The position numbers and the translations under genes were made by a program. The notes under the pieces were generated by a model. That model saw only the letters and a program-made list of their open reading frames with translations. It searched no databases and was not told where the DNA came from. Below, in pieces: positions 18,583 to 25,674 of a stretch of DNA of 64,000 bases. Origin of the DNA: Terriglobia bacterium (GTDB lineage Bacteria; Acidobacteriota; Terriglobia; 2-12-FULL-54-10); the NCBI GenBank assembly GCA_965198025.1, contig OZ240237.1, positions 1,237,054-1,301,053 of the forward strand, in the 5' to 3' direction. The first letter of the stretch is position 1. Every line of letters starts with the position of its first letter.

Positions 18583-18619
18583 GGACGCCGCCGTTTTTGT
18601 CAAGCCTTTTTTCGAGCAT
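18569..18619 (-). CDS. Possible 16-codon leader ORF (MLEKRLDKNGGVRWLS) translationally coupled to surface protein A
   Basis: GGAGGGA Shine-Dalgarno sequence about 12 nt upstream of the ATG at 18619. Its TAA stop overlaps the protein A ATG (TAATG). The 5' end is homologous to the start of ORF 20924..21322 upstream of protein B. Confidence 0.3.
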   Translation of the reverse strand: MLEKRLDKNGGVRWLS

Positions 18620-18709
18620 AACACAACTTTTCTCCCTCCGAGTCGTTGCAATACGGGAACCCGCACGCGCCACTCCAGCTTGGAAAGATATCACGTATCT
18701 AACTCATTA

Positions 18710-18726
18710 TAAATAATGGTTATTTA
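18710..18726. promoter_or_regulatory. Dyad TAAATAA-TGG-TTATTTA in AT-rich promoter module (copy 1); candidate LysR-type (T-N11-A) operator
   Basis: Perfect 7-3-7 inverted repeat inside a sharply AT-rich stretch (about 18690-18760). An identical dyad occurs at 21426-21442 next to the LysR genes. Confidence 0.45.
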
Positions 18727-18820
18727 CTTCATAGACATAATTATATTTATCCATCATCACAGGCCCTGCCGACGCTCGATTGCCTGCGCTTCTTCGCCGC
18801 CGCGGCGGCCGAATCACGCC

Positions 18821-19348
18821 CTAATCCACTTCCCCCGGAGGCAAGGAGGAGAATACGGGAGTGGCTTCGGCATTGAGCGACAGAGTGACGATGAGCTCCG
18901 TGGAGGTGATTTCGAGCGATCCGCTGAAGCTGGTGAGACCGAACAGAAGCGCCATAGTTTGCGCGCCATGCCCGTTGGACAACAGTGTCTTATCGACGCT
19001 GGCCACCGTCTCCCCATCCACGTCCTTGGCCGTAAAGGTGACGAAGGCCGTTGTTGTGTCGGAGGGATTGGCATAGGCCACTCCGGTCCCCGGCTTGCCT
19101 TCTCCCTGTTCGGCAAAGGTGACGAACCGGGTGGCCGGAACGGTCGTTGCGTTGACTCCGGCTTCTCCGGTGGGCACCCCTCCCTCAAACCGGCGATACA
19201 GTAGGCTGGCCTTCACCGGCCCGGAGCAGGTGGCCCGCGCCCAGCCGGCCGCCAGCGGAGCGTTCAACTCCACGTTGGTCTCCTGGTGAACCGACCCCCC
19301 CGGGCGGCAGAACGTCGGGCCGGCTGACCACCGTTCCCCGATCCGCAA
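18821..19348 (-). CDS. Surface protein B, downstream ORF piece (C-terminal part of second ~220-aa tail domain)
   Basis: From about 19298 downward it reads GGSVHQETNVELNAPLAAGWARATCSGPVKASLLYRRFEGGVPTGEAGVNATTVPATRFVTFAEQGEG..., which directly continues ORF 19185..20927 after a frame change in a C7 run at 19295-19301. Confidence 0.8.
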   Translation of the reverse strand: MRIGERWSAGPTFCRPGGSVHQETNVELNAPLAAGWARATCSGPVKASLLYRRFEGGVPTGEAGVNATTVPATRFVTFAEQGEGKPGTGVAYANPSDTTTAFVTFTAKDVDGETVASVDKTLLSNGHGAQTMALLFGLTSFSGSLEITSTELIVTLSLNAEATPVFSSLPPGEVD

Positions 19349-20180
19349 ACGAGACCAGCAGCGGACTGTCGTGATCGGAAAGGAACTCGGTCTGGCAGCT
19401 CACTTGCTGCGAGGAGTAGTTGATGTAGGTGATAGTGGTTTGCCAACTCTTTCCCACGGCAAGATGGGGGAAGTAATACGTCGTCATTTGCTGCGGGCCC
19501 TGCGCGGCGGCATCCAGTTCCCCTGGAGGCAAGGAGGAAAATACGGGAGCGGCTTCGGCATTGATCGACAGAGTGACGATGGGTTCCGTGGAGGTGACTT
19601 CGAGCGAGCCGGTGAAGCTGGTGAGACCAAACAGAAGCGCCATATTTTGCGCACCATGCCCTCCGGCCGGCAGTTCCTGGGTGACGCTAGCCAGCGTCAG
19701 CCCCGCCGCGTCCCGGGCCGTAAAGGTGACGACGGCCTCTGTGTCGGAGGGATTGGCATAGGCCACTGCGGTCCCCGGCTTGCCTTCTCCCTGTTCCGCA
19801 AAGGTGACAAAGCGGGTGGCCGGAAGCGCCGCCGCATTGACTCCGCCTTCCGCCACAGGCACCCCTTCGCTGCTGTGCTGACGAAACAGAAGGCTGGCCT
19901 TCACCGGCCCAGAGCAGGTGGCCCAAGCCCAACCGGGCGCCAGAGGAGCGCTTAGCTCCACGTTGGTTTCCTGGTGAACGGAGCCTCCGGGCGGCAGAAC
20001 GTCGCTCCGGCTATCCACCGTTCCCAGTCCCGCAAACGAGACCATCAGCGGGCTTCCGTGATCGGAAAGGAAATCGGTCTGGCAACTCACCTCCTGCGGG
20101 GTGTAGTTGATATAGGTGATGGTGGTTTGCCAACTCGCTCCCACGGCAAGATGGGGGAAGTAATAGATATGATCTCCCGT
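18824..20180. repeat. Tail cassette of protein B: two tandem copies (about 18824-19487 and 19488-20180) of the ~220-aa domain
   Basis: Same domain order, same linker and near-identical DNA as 14843-16207. Confidence 0.9.
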
Positions 20181-20927
20181 TTGCAGGGGGTTGGTCCTCA
20201 CTTCGCCCAACTGCGACCATTCGCCCGTTCCGGTGGCGTTGGTCGCCCGCACCTGCACTTCGTAGGCCGTGCCCGGTCTCAGCCCCGTGAGCGTCGCGGT
20301 CCGGGCCGTCCCCTCGTGCCGCGCATCGGTGAAGTCGCCGCCGCTGCCGACTTCCCGGTACCGCACGTCATAATCGGTGATGGCCGACCCCGTATTCTCC
20401 GGCTCCGTCCACTCCACCGTCAGGCTGTACGGCGTCGTGGCCGAAATGGAGAACGATTCGCTCCCGCCGGGTACCACCGGTACCGTAGCTACCGGTCCGG
20501 TCATTGACGGCGTCAGCTTGCGAACGAGGTTGTTCCCCGGGTCTGTGACGTACACGTTGCCCGCCGCGTCCGTCGCCACGGACAGAAATCTATCGTGACC
20601 GGTAGCGAACTGGGCCTCGGTCGCCGGGCCGCCGTCGCCGCTGAAGCCTGCCTCCCCCGTGCCGGCGATAGTCGAGATCACGCCGGCCGTGTCGATCCGC
20701 CGCACTCTGTTGCTCTCGTAGCCCGCAACGTACACGTTGCCCGCCGCGTCCACCGCCACGGTAATTGGGTAGGACAAAGCAGCCTCGGTCGCCGGGCCGC
20801 CGTCGCCGCCGCCTCCGCCCGCGAACGTGTCGATTCTATAGTCATCCCCGGTCTGTGCCCAAGCAATCGCCGCCAGAAGCATCCCGCTGATGCAGAGCTT
20901 GACAAGATAAATAGCAGGCTGTCTCAT
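19185..20927 (-). CDS. Surface protein B, upstream ORF piece: signal peptide, NHL-type repeats, FN3 domain, first tail domain and start of second
   Basis: Signal MRQPAIYLVKLCISGMLLAAIAWAQ. NHL-like GGPATEAxLxxPxxVAVDAAGNVYV occurs twice. FN3 reads SLTVEWTEPENTGSAITDYDVRYRE...GTAYEVQVRATNATGTGEWS, followed by YYFPHLAVGASWQTTITYINY. The last ~40 codons are out-of-frame after the C7 run. Confidence 0.85.
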   Translation of the reverse strand: MRQPAIYLVKLCISGMLLAAIAWAQTGDDYRIDTFAGGGGGDGGPATEAALSYPITVAVDAAGNVYVAGYESNRVRRIDTAGVISTIAGTGEAGFSGDGGPATEAQFATGHDRFLSVATDAAGNVYVTDPGNNLVRKLTPSMTGPVATVPVVPGGSESFSISATTPYSLTVEWTEPENTGSAITDYDVRYREVGSGGDFTDARHEGTARTATLTGLRPGTAYEVQVRATNATGTGEWSQLGEVRTNPLQTGDHIYYFPHLAVGASWQTTITYINYTPQEVSCQTDFLSDHGSPLMVSFAGLGTVDSRSDVLPPGGSVHQETNVELSAPLAPGWAWATCSGPVKASLLFRQHSSEGVPVAEGGVNAAALPATRFVTFAEQGEGKPGTAVAYANPSDTEAVVTFTARDAAGLTLASVTQELPAGGHGAQNMALLFGLTSFTGSLEVTSTEPIVTLSINAEAAPVFSSLPPGELDAAAQGPQQMTTYYFPHLAVGKSWQTTITYINYSSQQVSCQTEFLSDHDSPLLVSFADRGTVVSRPDVLPPGGVGSPGDQRGVERSAGGRLGAGHLLRAGEGQPTVSPV

Positions 20928-21322
20928 AATCGTTTCCCTTCCTTATCATTCACCGGCACAGACACCGGGTCATAGCCGCCTCCTGAACACGGCTTTAATT
21001 GCCCGTTGCCCTGCGCCTGTGTGATCACTAGCAGCGTAGGGAGCGTCAGCAGCAGTCCTGCCGCCGCGGGGGCAGTCAGGAATCGGGCAAGGCTTGCAAG
21101 ATGGCAGAAGCGCCCCTGATAGCACCGGTGATGCTTGCGGCGCATGTCGTCACACCACCCAGACCGATGGGCGGGGCCGTTCGGAAGGTTTGACGGAGGG
21201 AGTGCGGGGCCTGGTTGTTCGGGCGGGGCAGGCTGACGATTCAGGCCATGGGTACGGTGCTCGGCTCTGATAGCCGAGTCAAAACGTGCGGTGGATAGCA
21301 AGTCTTTTCTTGAGCCATCCAT
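20924..21322 (-). CDS. Hypothetical upstream ORF coupled to surface protein B (ATGA overlap)
   Basis: GGAGGGAGAAAAGTT-ATG context is homologous to the leader of protein A. It contains a possible internal signal-like segment (ARFLTAPAAAGLLLTLPTLLVITQAQG). No recognisable family. Confidence 0.3.
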   Translation of the reverse strand: MDGSRKDLLSTARFDSAIRAEHRTHGLNRQPAPPEQPGPALPPSNLPNGPAHRSGWCDDMRRKHHRCYQGRFCHLASLARFLTAPAAAGLLLTLPTLLVITQAQGNGQLKPCSGGGYDPVSVPVNDKEGKRL

Positions 21323-21425
21323 AACTTTTCTCCCTCCGCGCCGTTCCGACCGGGAAACCGCGCACGCCCCGCCAGCGCGGAGCATAGCACATTTGTAAGG
21401 AGAGTATCACTTATGTATATTATTG

Positions 21426-21442
21426 TAAATAATGGTTATTTA
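21426..21442. promoter_or_regulatory. Dyad TAAATAA-TGG-TTATTTA in AT-rich promoter module (copy 2), between surface protein B and the divergent LysR genes
   Basis: Identical to 18710-18726. It is embedded in a ~190-bp block (21300-21492) homologous to 18600-18776. Confidence 0.45.
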
Positions 21443-21641
21443 GTGCATAGACATAATTATATTTGTTCATCATCACAGGCCCTGCCGATGCTCCTCCCTC
21501 CGGTGCCTGCACTGGCAGGTGCTGCGCAGGCCAGTCCGCAGCAACGCAACGAGTCGAGCCTGGAACTAGAGAAAGATAGATTTTGTCAATGACTAAATAT
21601 ACCTGTAATATGTGGGTCGGAAATCCGCCCGGCTACCGACC

Positions 21642-21929
21642 ATGCAAACCCTATTGCCCCTCGATTGCCTGCGCTTCTTCGCCGCCGCCGCTCGGCACCA
21701 GAACTTCGTGCGCGCCGCCGAGGAGCTTCAGGTCACCCCCGCCGCCGTCGCCCACCGCGTCCGCATGCTGGAGCGCCATCTCCGCGCTCCGCTGTTCGAC
21801 CGCCGCCGCCGCGGGGTGCGCCTCAACCGCCGCGGGCGCGCCTACCACGAGGAGATCCGGCGCATCCTCGCCGACCTCGACGAGACCACCCGGCGCCACG
21901 GCGACCGCCGGCGGTTCCGTGACCGCTAG
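21642..21929 (+). CDS. LysR-family HTH-only paralogue (truncated; no effector-binding domain)
   Basis: MQTLLPLDCLRFFAAAARHQNFVRAAEELQVTPAAVAHRVRMLERHLRAPLFDRRRRGVRLNRRGRAYHEEIRRILADL closely parallels the first ~90 aa of the next gene, then ends after 95 aa. Confidence 0.6.
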   Translation: MQTLLPLDCLRFFAAAARHQNFVRAAEELQVTPAAVAHRVRMLERHLRAPLFDRRRRGVRLNRRGRAYHEEIRRILADLDETTRRHGDRRRFRDR

Positions 21930-22007
21930 TGTCCCGCCGCCCGGCGCTTCTCCGCAACGAAAGGACTTGCCATCAGAGTGTAAAATGTGCGATGACATAA
22001 CAGCGTT

Positions 22008-22985
22008 TTGTCTACTCGCGCCGTCCGGAGGTTCGCCACAGTGTTGCTTCTGCCGCCGCTCGAAAGCCTGCGCTTCTTCGAGGCCGCCGCCCGGCACCAG
22101 AGCTTCGTGCGCGCCGCTAAGGAACTTGAGGTCACCTCGGCCGCCGTCGCCCACCGCGTCCGCATGCTGGAGAAGCATCTCGACGTTGCGCTGTTCGAAC
22201 GCCGCCGCCGCGGGGTGCGCCTCAACCGCCGCGGCCAGGCCTACCTGAAGGAGGTGCAGCGCATCCTCGCCGAGGTCCACGGAGTCTCCGAACGGCAGCG
22301 CCGCTGGCCCCGACGGGTCCGCATCGTCTCGGTCGAGGCGGTCGCCGAGAAGTGGCTGGTGCCGCGGCTGGCCACCTTCACCGCGGCCCACCCCGACATC
22401 GCCATCGAGGTCGAGACCAACCACCGCGGCGTCGACCCCGACCGCCGCGACTTCGACGCCTGGTTTGCCTACACCGGCGAGACCGCCGCGCAGCGCCCGG
22501 TGACGCGGCGCGAGGACACCTTGTTGGAGGAGACGCTCTACGAGGAGCAGCTGCTGCCGGTTTGCAGCCCGGCCCTGCTGGTGGCGCGCGGCCGGCCCCG
22601 CGGCCCGGCCGACCTCCACGGCTGGCCCCTGCTCTATGACCTGGGATGGGACACCGACTGGTCCTACTGGTTCGCCCGCCAGGGCCTGTCCACGCCGGAC
22701 CTGTCGCAGGCCTCGGGGTTCCGCCTCTACAGCATGCTGGTCCAGGCCGCGGTCAACGGACTCGGGGCCGCCATCGGACGCCCGATGCTGATCGCGCAGG
22801 AGCTGGAAGGCAGAACCCTGGTCCCCCTCTTCGACCGCCAGGCCGAGGCCCCCGAGCGCTGTTGCTTCATCACCACTGCGGCTGCCCGGCAGCGGCCTGA
22901 AGTCCAAGCGTTCCGTGAATGGGTCCTGCGGGAGGCCGAAGCCGCAGGCCGCACCGGTGGGGCCCCCGTCCGAGCCCGGCCGTGA
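22008..22985 (+). CDS. LysR-family transcriptional regulator (GcvA-like)
   Basis: HTH segment LESLRFFEAAARHQSFVRAAKELEVTSAAVAHRVRMLEKHL plus a full substrate-binding domain (VSVEAVAEKWLVPRLATFTAAHPDIAIEVET...). The start may instead be the GTG at 22040. Confidence 0.85.
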   Translation: MSTRAVRRFATVLLLPPLESLRFFEAAARHQSFVRAAKELEVTSAAVAHRVRMLEKHLDVALFERRRRGVRLNRRGQAYLKEVQRILAEVHGVSERQRRWPRRVRIVSVEAVAEKWLVPRLATFTAAHPDIAIEVETNHRGVDPDRRDFDAWFAYTGETAAQRPVTRREDTLLEETLYEEQLLPVCSPALLVARGRPRGPADLHGWPLLYDLGWDTDWSYWFARQGLSTPDLSQASGFRLYSMLVQAAVNGLGAAIGRPMLIAQELEGRTLVPLFDRQAEAPERCCFITTAAARQRPEVQAFREWVLREAEAAGRTGGAPVRARP

Positions 22986-23486
22986 CCCGGCTCCGGTCAA
23001 CCGCGAGCCGTCCCGCAGGTGTCGAAATGGCACTGTCGGAGGAAATCCGCAGGTCTGAGTTCTCCACCGAAGACAGGGAATTAGGCCGCCCCGAGCTGAC
23101 GCCACCGGGCGAGCGCAGCGGCGCGGTTGAGCTTGAAATTGTCGCGCGAGCATCGAAAAGGGCGAAGGCATTGGCAAGGCAAAAGATCTCCTGAGAACTG
23201 CAGCTTCCACTGGATGAACACGCGGCCCGTTCAAGAACCTTCGCCCCTGGTCGGGGTGAAGCTTCAGTTTGTGGGGGTTGCACAAAGACTCCTGTGTGCA
23301 CTCAGGCCATCTACCAGGCCGTGCTCCTGACCCCGGGGTCAGGTTCGCGGAGCGACCTGCCCGCGCCAGACAAGGGACTCACCCGTCCTGCCAGTCTTGG
23401 CATCAAGGACGCCGGCCAAATTGGGAGGGTTATCGGGATCGGCGCTGGATTGATCGAGTTGATCTTGAGTCAGTCCGGTTACGCCA

Positions 23487-23624
23487 TCATTCGCCACCGT
23501 CCATCACAAACCGCTCAACTGCTTCCAGCGTCGCCCGGACGTCATCCCACGTCGAGTTGTGGTTCACGATGCACAGCCGCAAGACGAATTGCTTGTTGAC
23601 CATCTCCGGTGCCATCTGCAACAT
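23487..23624 (-). pseudogene. Possible C-terminal relic of a PLP-dependent (group II decarboxylase-like) enzyme
   Basis: Only the tail MLQMAPEMVNKQFVLRLCIVNHNSTWDDVRATLEAVERFV looks protein-like, and nothing upstream supports a full gene. Confidence 0.2.
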
Positions 23625-23757
23625 GAGAATTCGACTCCTTCTTTGAAAAGGGGGGCACGGAGTCCGCCCCTGCTCCGCAAATCGTTCGTGACGCCGTTCA
23701 CGGCAGAGTATACGCCACACCCGCCTGCGGCACTACGCTACCGGTTGCCGGCGCCAG

Positions 23758-23836
23758 GACGCCAGCGGGGTTGTTGGGGATTCGGGGGATCGGATAGAAT
23801 CGAGGCAGCCGGGCGGGTTCGGGAAGAAACGATGAA
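23758..23836 (+). repeat. 79-bp imperfect direct repeat, left copy
   Basis: GACGCCAGCGGGGTTGTTGGGGATTCGGGGGATCGGATAGAATCGAGGCAGCCGGGCGGGTTCGGGAAGAAACGATGAA matches 25596-25674 with about 8 differences. Confidence 0.85.
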
Positions 23837-23983
23837 GCGGGGAAGATGCTGAGGAAGAGAGTTAACGCTCCCCGGAAACGCGGCGGAAACGATCATTCAG
23901 AGAACATCCGATCATCCGATCATTTAGATACAACAAACCGGTACAACAACCAACGACAACCGCAAAGCGAAGAGGAAAACACA

Positions 23984-24139
23984 ATGAAGATTGACAGGAC
24001 AACGAAAGCATTACTCGCCCTGATTGCGCTGGGCCTTTTCTTGAACGCTCTGGTTCCGCTCATGCAGCCTGCCGCAGTGCATGCTCAAGACGCCGCCGTG
24101 GCTGAGCTCCAGCTTGCGGCCAAATTTCCAACGATTTGA
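23984..24139 (+). CDS. Small hypothetical signal-peptide-like ORF (51 aa)
   Basis: GAGGAAAACACA-ATG context. MKIDRTTKALLALIALGLFLNALVPLMQPAAVHAQ resembles a signal peptide. No family recognised. Confidence 0.2.
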   Translation: MKIDRTTKALLALIALGLFLNALVPLMQPAAVHAQDAAVAELQLAAKFPTI

Positions 24140-24468
24140 CATCGGGTTTCCGGTCATTTGAACGCAGATTTCTGAGTCATTTGGAGGCAGCTTTCCAGTG
24201 ATTCCAGACATGGTTTCCAACGGGTTCTGCTCAGAATGACAAACTCTGTTGAAGCCAGCGACGCTGCGGAAAGAACAGCAAAAGCCGCAAGACTCACCCT
24301 GAGCTTGGTACAGAATTCCGGGAACCCATCAGTGGCGGCGAAGCGACATTTTTCGATGCCCTAGTGACGCGCCATGCCGTCGGCTGGAATTTCTTTTTTC
24401 TCGGTGCGCGGGCGAAAGCACCAAGTCATCGACGGGCAAGACCCCCCGAACCTACCATCCAGCTACTG

Positions 24469-24497
24469 TTGACACTCGCTACGATGACCGTTACTCT
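24469..24497 (+). promoter_or_regulatory. Candidate sigma70-type promoter for higBA
   Basis: TTGACA (24469-24474), 17-nt spacer, TACTCT (24492-24497), about 30 nt upstream of the higB ATG. A second TTGACG-17-CATATT candidate lies at 24497-24525. Confidence 0.3.
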
Positions 24498-24529
24498 TGA
24501 CGTAACGCATATTTTCGGGCATATTGGGA

Positions 24530-24814
24530 ATGATCCTCAGCTATCGCGACAAGCGAACTACAGACTTCGCCGCCGGGAAACGGATCAAGGCTTTCTCCGG
24601 TATCGAAAAGGCTTCACGGCTGAAGATCGACCGACTTGAAGCGGCAGCCGCTCTTCAGGACCTTGCCGCTTTGCCCGGCAATCGTTTCGAAGCGCTCAAA
24701 GGTGACCGCAAGGGCCAGTACAGCATCCGCATCAACGACCAGTGGCGGAATTGCTTCGAATGGCCCAAAGGATCGCCCGGACCCGAGAATGTAGAGATTG
24801 TTGATTATCACTAG
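24530..24814 (+). CDS. higB: HigB-like toxin (plasmid maintenance system killer family)
   Basis: MILSYRDKRT...LPGNRFEALKGDRKGQYSIRINDQWRNCFEW...VEIVDYH is the canonical HigB/killer-protein pattern. Confidence 0.85.
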   Translation: MILSYRDKRTTDFAAGKRIKAFSGIEKASRLKIDRLEAAAALQDLAALPGNRFEALKGDRKGQYSIRINDQWRNCFEWPKGSPGPENVEIVDYH

Positions 24815-24824
24815 GAGAACTGCT

Positions 24825-25124
24825 ATGGCCGTGCCCGCAATCCATCCCGGAGAACATCTCGCCGAAGAACTGAAAGAGCTCAATATGAGCGCGGCCGCTC
24901 TTGCGCGCCAGCTCCAGGTGCCTACGAACCGTATCACCGCGATTCTGAACGGTCGACGGGCCATCACCGGCGATACGGCCCTACGCTTGGGTCACTTCTT
25001 CGGCACCAGTGCGGAATTTTGGCTCAATCTGCAAAAGCTCTATGAGCTGCGCCTTGCCGAGAAGAAAGCCAGCAAGGCGATCAAGACCCTGCCGACTCTT
25101 AAGAACGAACACGTTCACGTCTGA
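24825..25124 (+). CDS. higA: HigA antitoxin (HTH, addiction module antidote)
   Basis: IHPGEHLAEELKELNMSAAALARQLQVPTNRITAILNGRRAITGDTALRLGHFFGTSAEFWLNLQ. AGGAGA Shine-Dalgarno sequence 6 nt upstream of the ATG at 24825. Confidence 0.85.
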   Translation: MAVPAIHPGEHLAEELKELNMSAAALARQLQVPTNRITAILNGRRAITGDTALRLGHFFGTSAEFWLNLQKLYELRLAEKKASKAIKTLPTLKNEHVHV

Positions 25125-25233
25125 AATCTCACTACGGACCCCCTGGAAGGCTGACACCACGTCCTTGCGACGAGCCGGGCTATTGCAGCTCGAAAACTAT
25201 CACTGCTACAACGTGCTGCACAGCCCGTAGAGC

Positions 25234-25419
25234 ATGGCCGTGACAGCAACCACCGTCAAGAAACCGTCAGAAAACTCGCCCATCAAGAGGGTCAGGCCGT
25301 AGGCGTTGCGAGCGAAAGCAGATTCCCCATTACCGCATGATGAGCCGCTCGATCCGCTTTCGACTCTCGGAGCTGGCCGAGTGGCCTCAACAATTTCATG
25401 TCAATGGAGGAATCGATGA
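25234..25419 (+). pseudogene. Frameshifted excisionase/AlpA-type winged-helix relic
   Basis: An ATG-initiated frame stops after 22 codons. The next frame reads ERKQIPHYRMMSRSIRFRLSELAEWPQQF, typical of the C-terminal half of excisionase-family HTH proteins. Confidence 0.3.
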
Positions 25420-25635
25420 ACAATCAAGACAGGTAGACCCAGAAATACTGCCGGTAGCCTGTATCTCCGGCGCGATTCACGCGTCTGGTGGATGAGCTAC
25501 CGGAACCAAACCGGAAAGTTCAGACAGGAGTCGACCGGCAGGAAGGAGAAAGGCGAAGTCGAGAAGGTGCTGCGCAAGCAGCGGGTGGCTCTTGAGACGC
25601 CAGCGGGGTTGTTGGGGATTCAGGGGATCGGATAG
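25420..25635 (+). pseudogene. Tyrosine integrase N-terminal (arm-binding) fragment, no start codon, truncated at the right direct repeat
   Basis: GRPRNTAGSLYLRRDSRVWWMSYRNQTGKFRQESTGRKEKGEVEKVLRKQRVALE matches the usual integrase N-terminus (G-S-L-Y-x-R-x-x-x-W-W...). The catalytic domain is absent. Confidence 0.5.
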
Positions 25636-25674
25636 AATCGAGCCAGCCGGACGAGTTCGAGAAGAAGCGATGAA
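25596..25674 (+). repeat. 79-bp imperfect direct repeat, right copy (includes 5' UTR and ATG of the DUF4159 gene)
   Basis: Matches 23758-23836 and ends in ATGAA, the start of the next gene. Confidence 0.85.

Larger units (their letters stand above)
23758..25674 (+). mobile_element. Decayed integrative element remnant (direct repeats, higBA, excisionase relic, integrase N-terminal relic)
   Basis: A direct-repeat-bracketed 1.9-kb patch that contains only a TA pair, short orphan ORFs and two recombination-gene fragments. Confidence 0.45.

Noticed and set aside
14840-20927. Diversity-generating retroelement idea (near-identical template/variable repeats in surface-protein C-termini)
   Set aside because: No reverse transcriptase or accessory gene is present in the window. 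Differences between copies are not confined to adenine-templated positions as far as can be seen by eye. The repeats are whole domains, not a short TR/VR pair.
21651-23285. 544-aa ORF on the minus strand spanning the LysR region
   Set aside because: It is antisense to two ORFs with unmistakable LysR HTH and effector-domain sequence. Its composition is Gly/Ala/Arg/Pro-rich, as expected of a high-GC shadow frame, and it has no motif.
23326-23343. 18-nt perfect palindrome CCTGACCCCGGGGTCAGG downstream of the LysR gene
   Set aside because: It lies about 340 bp after the LysR stop with no T-tract, so it is not a convincing terminator. It may belong to the decayed relic on the opposite strand.
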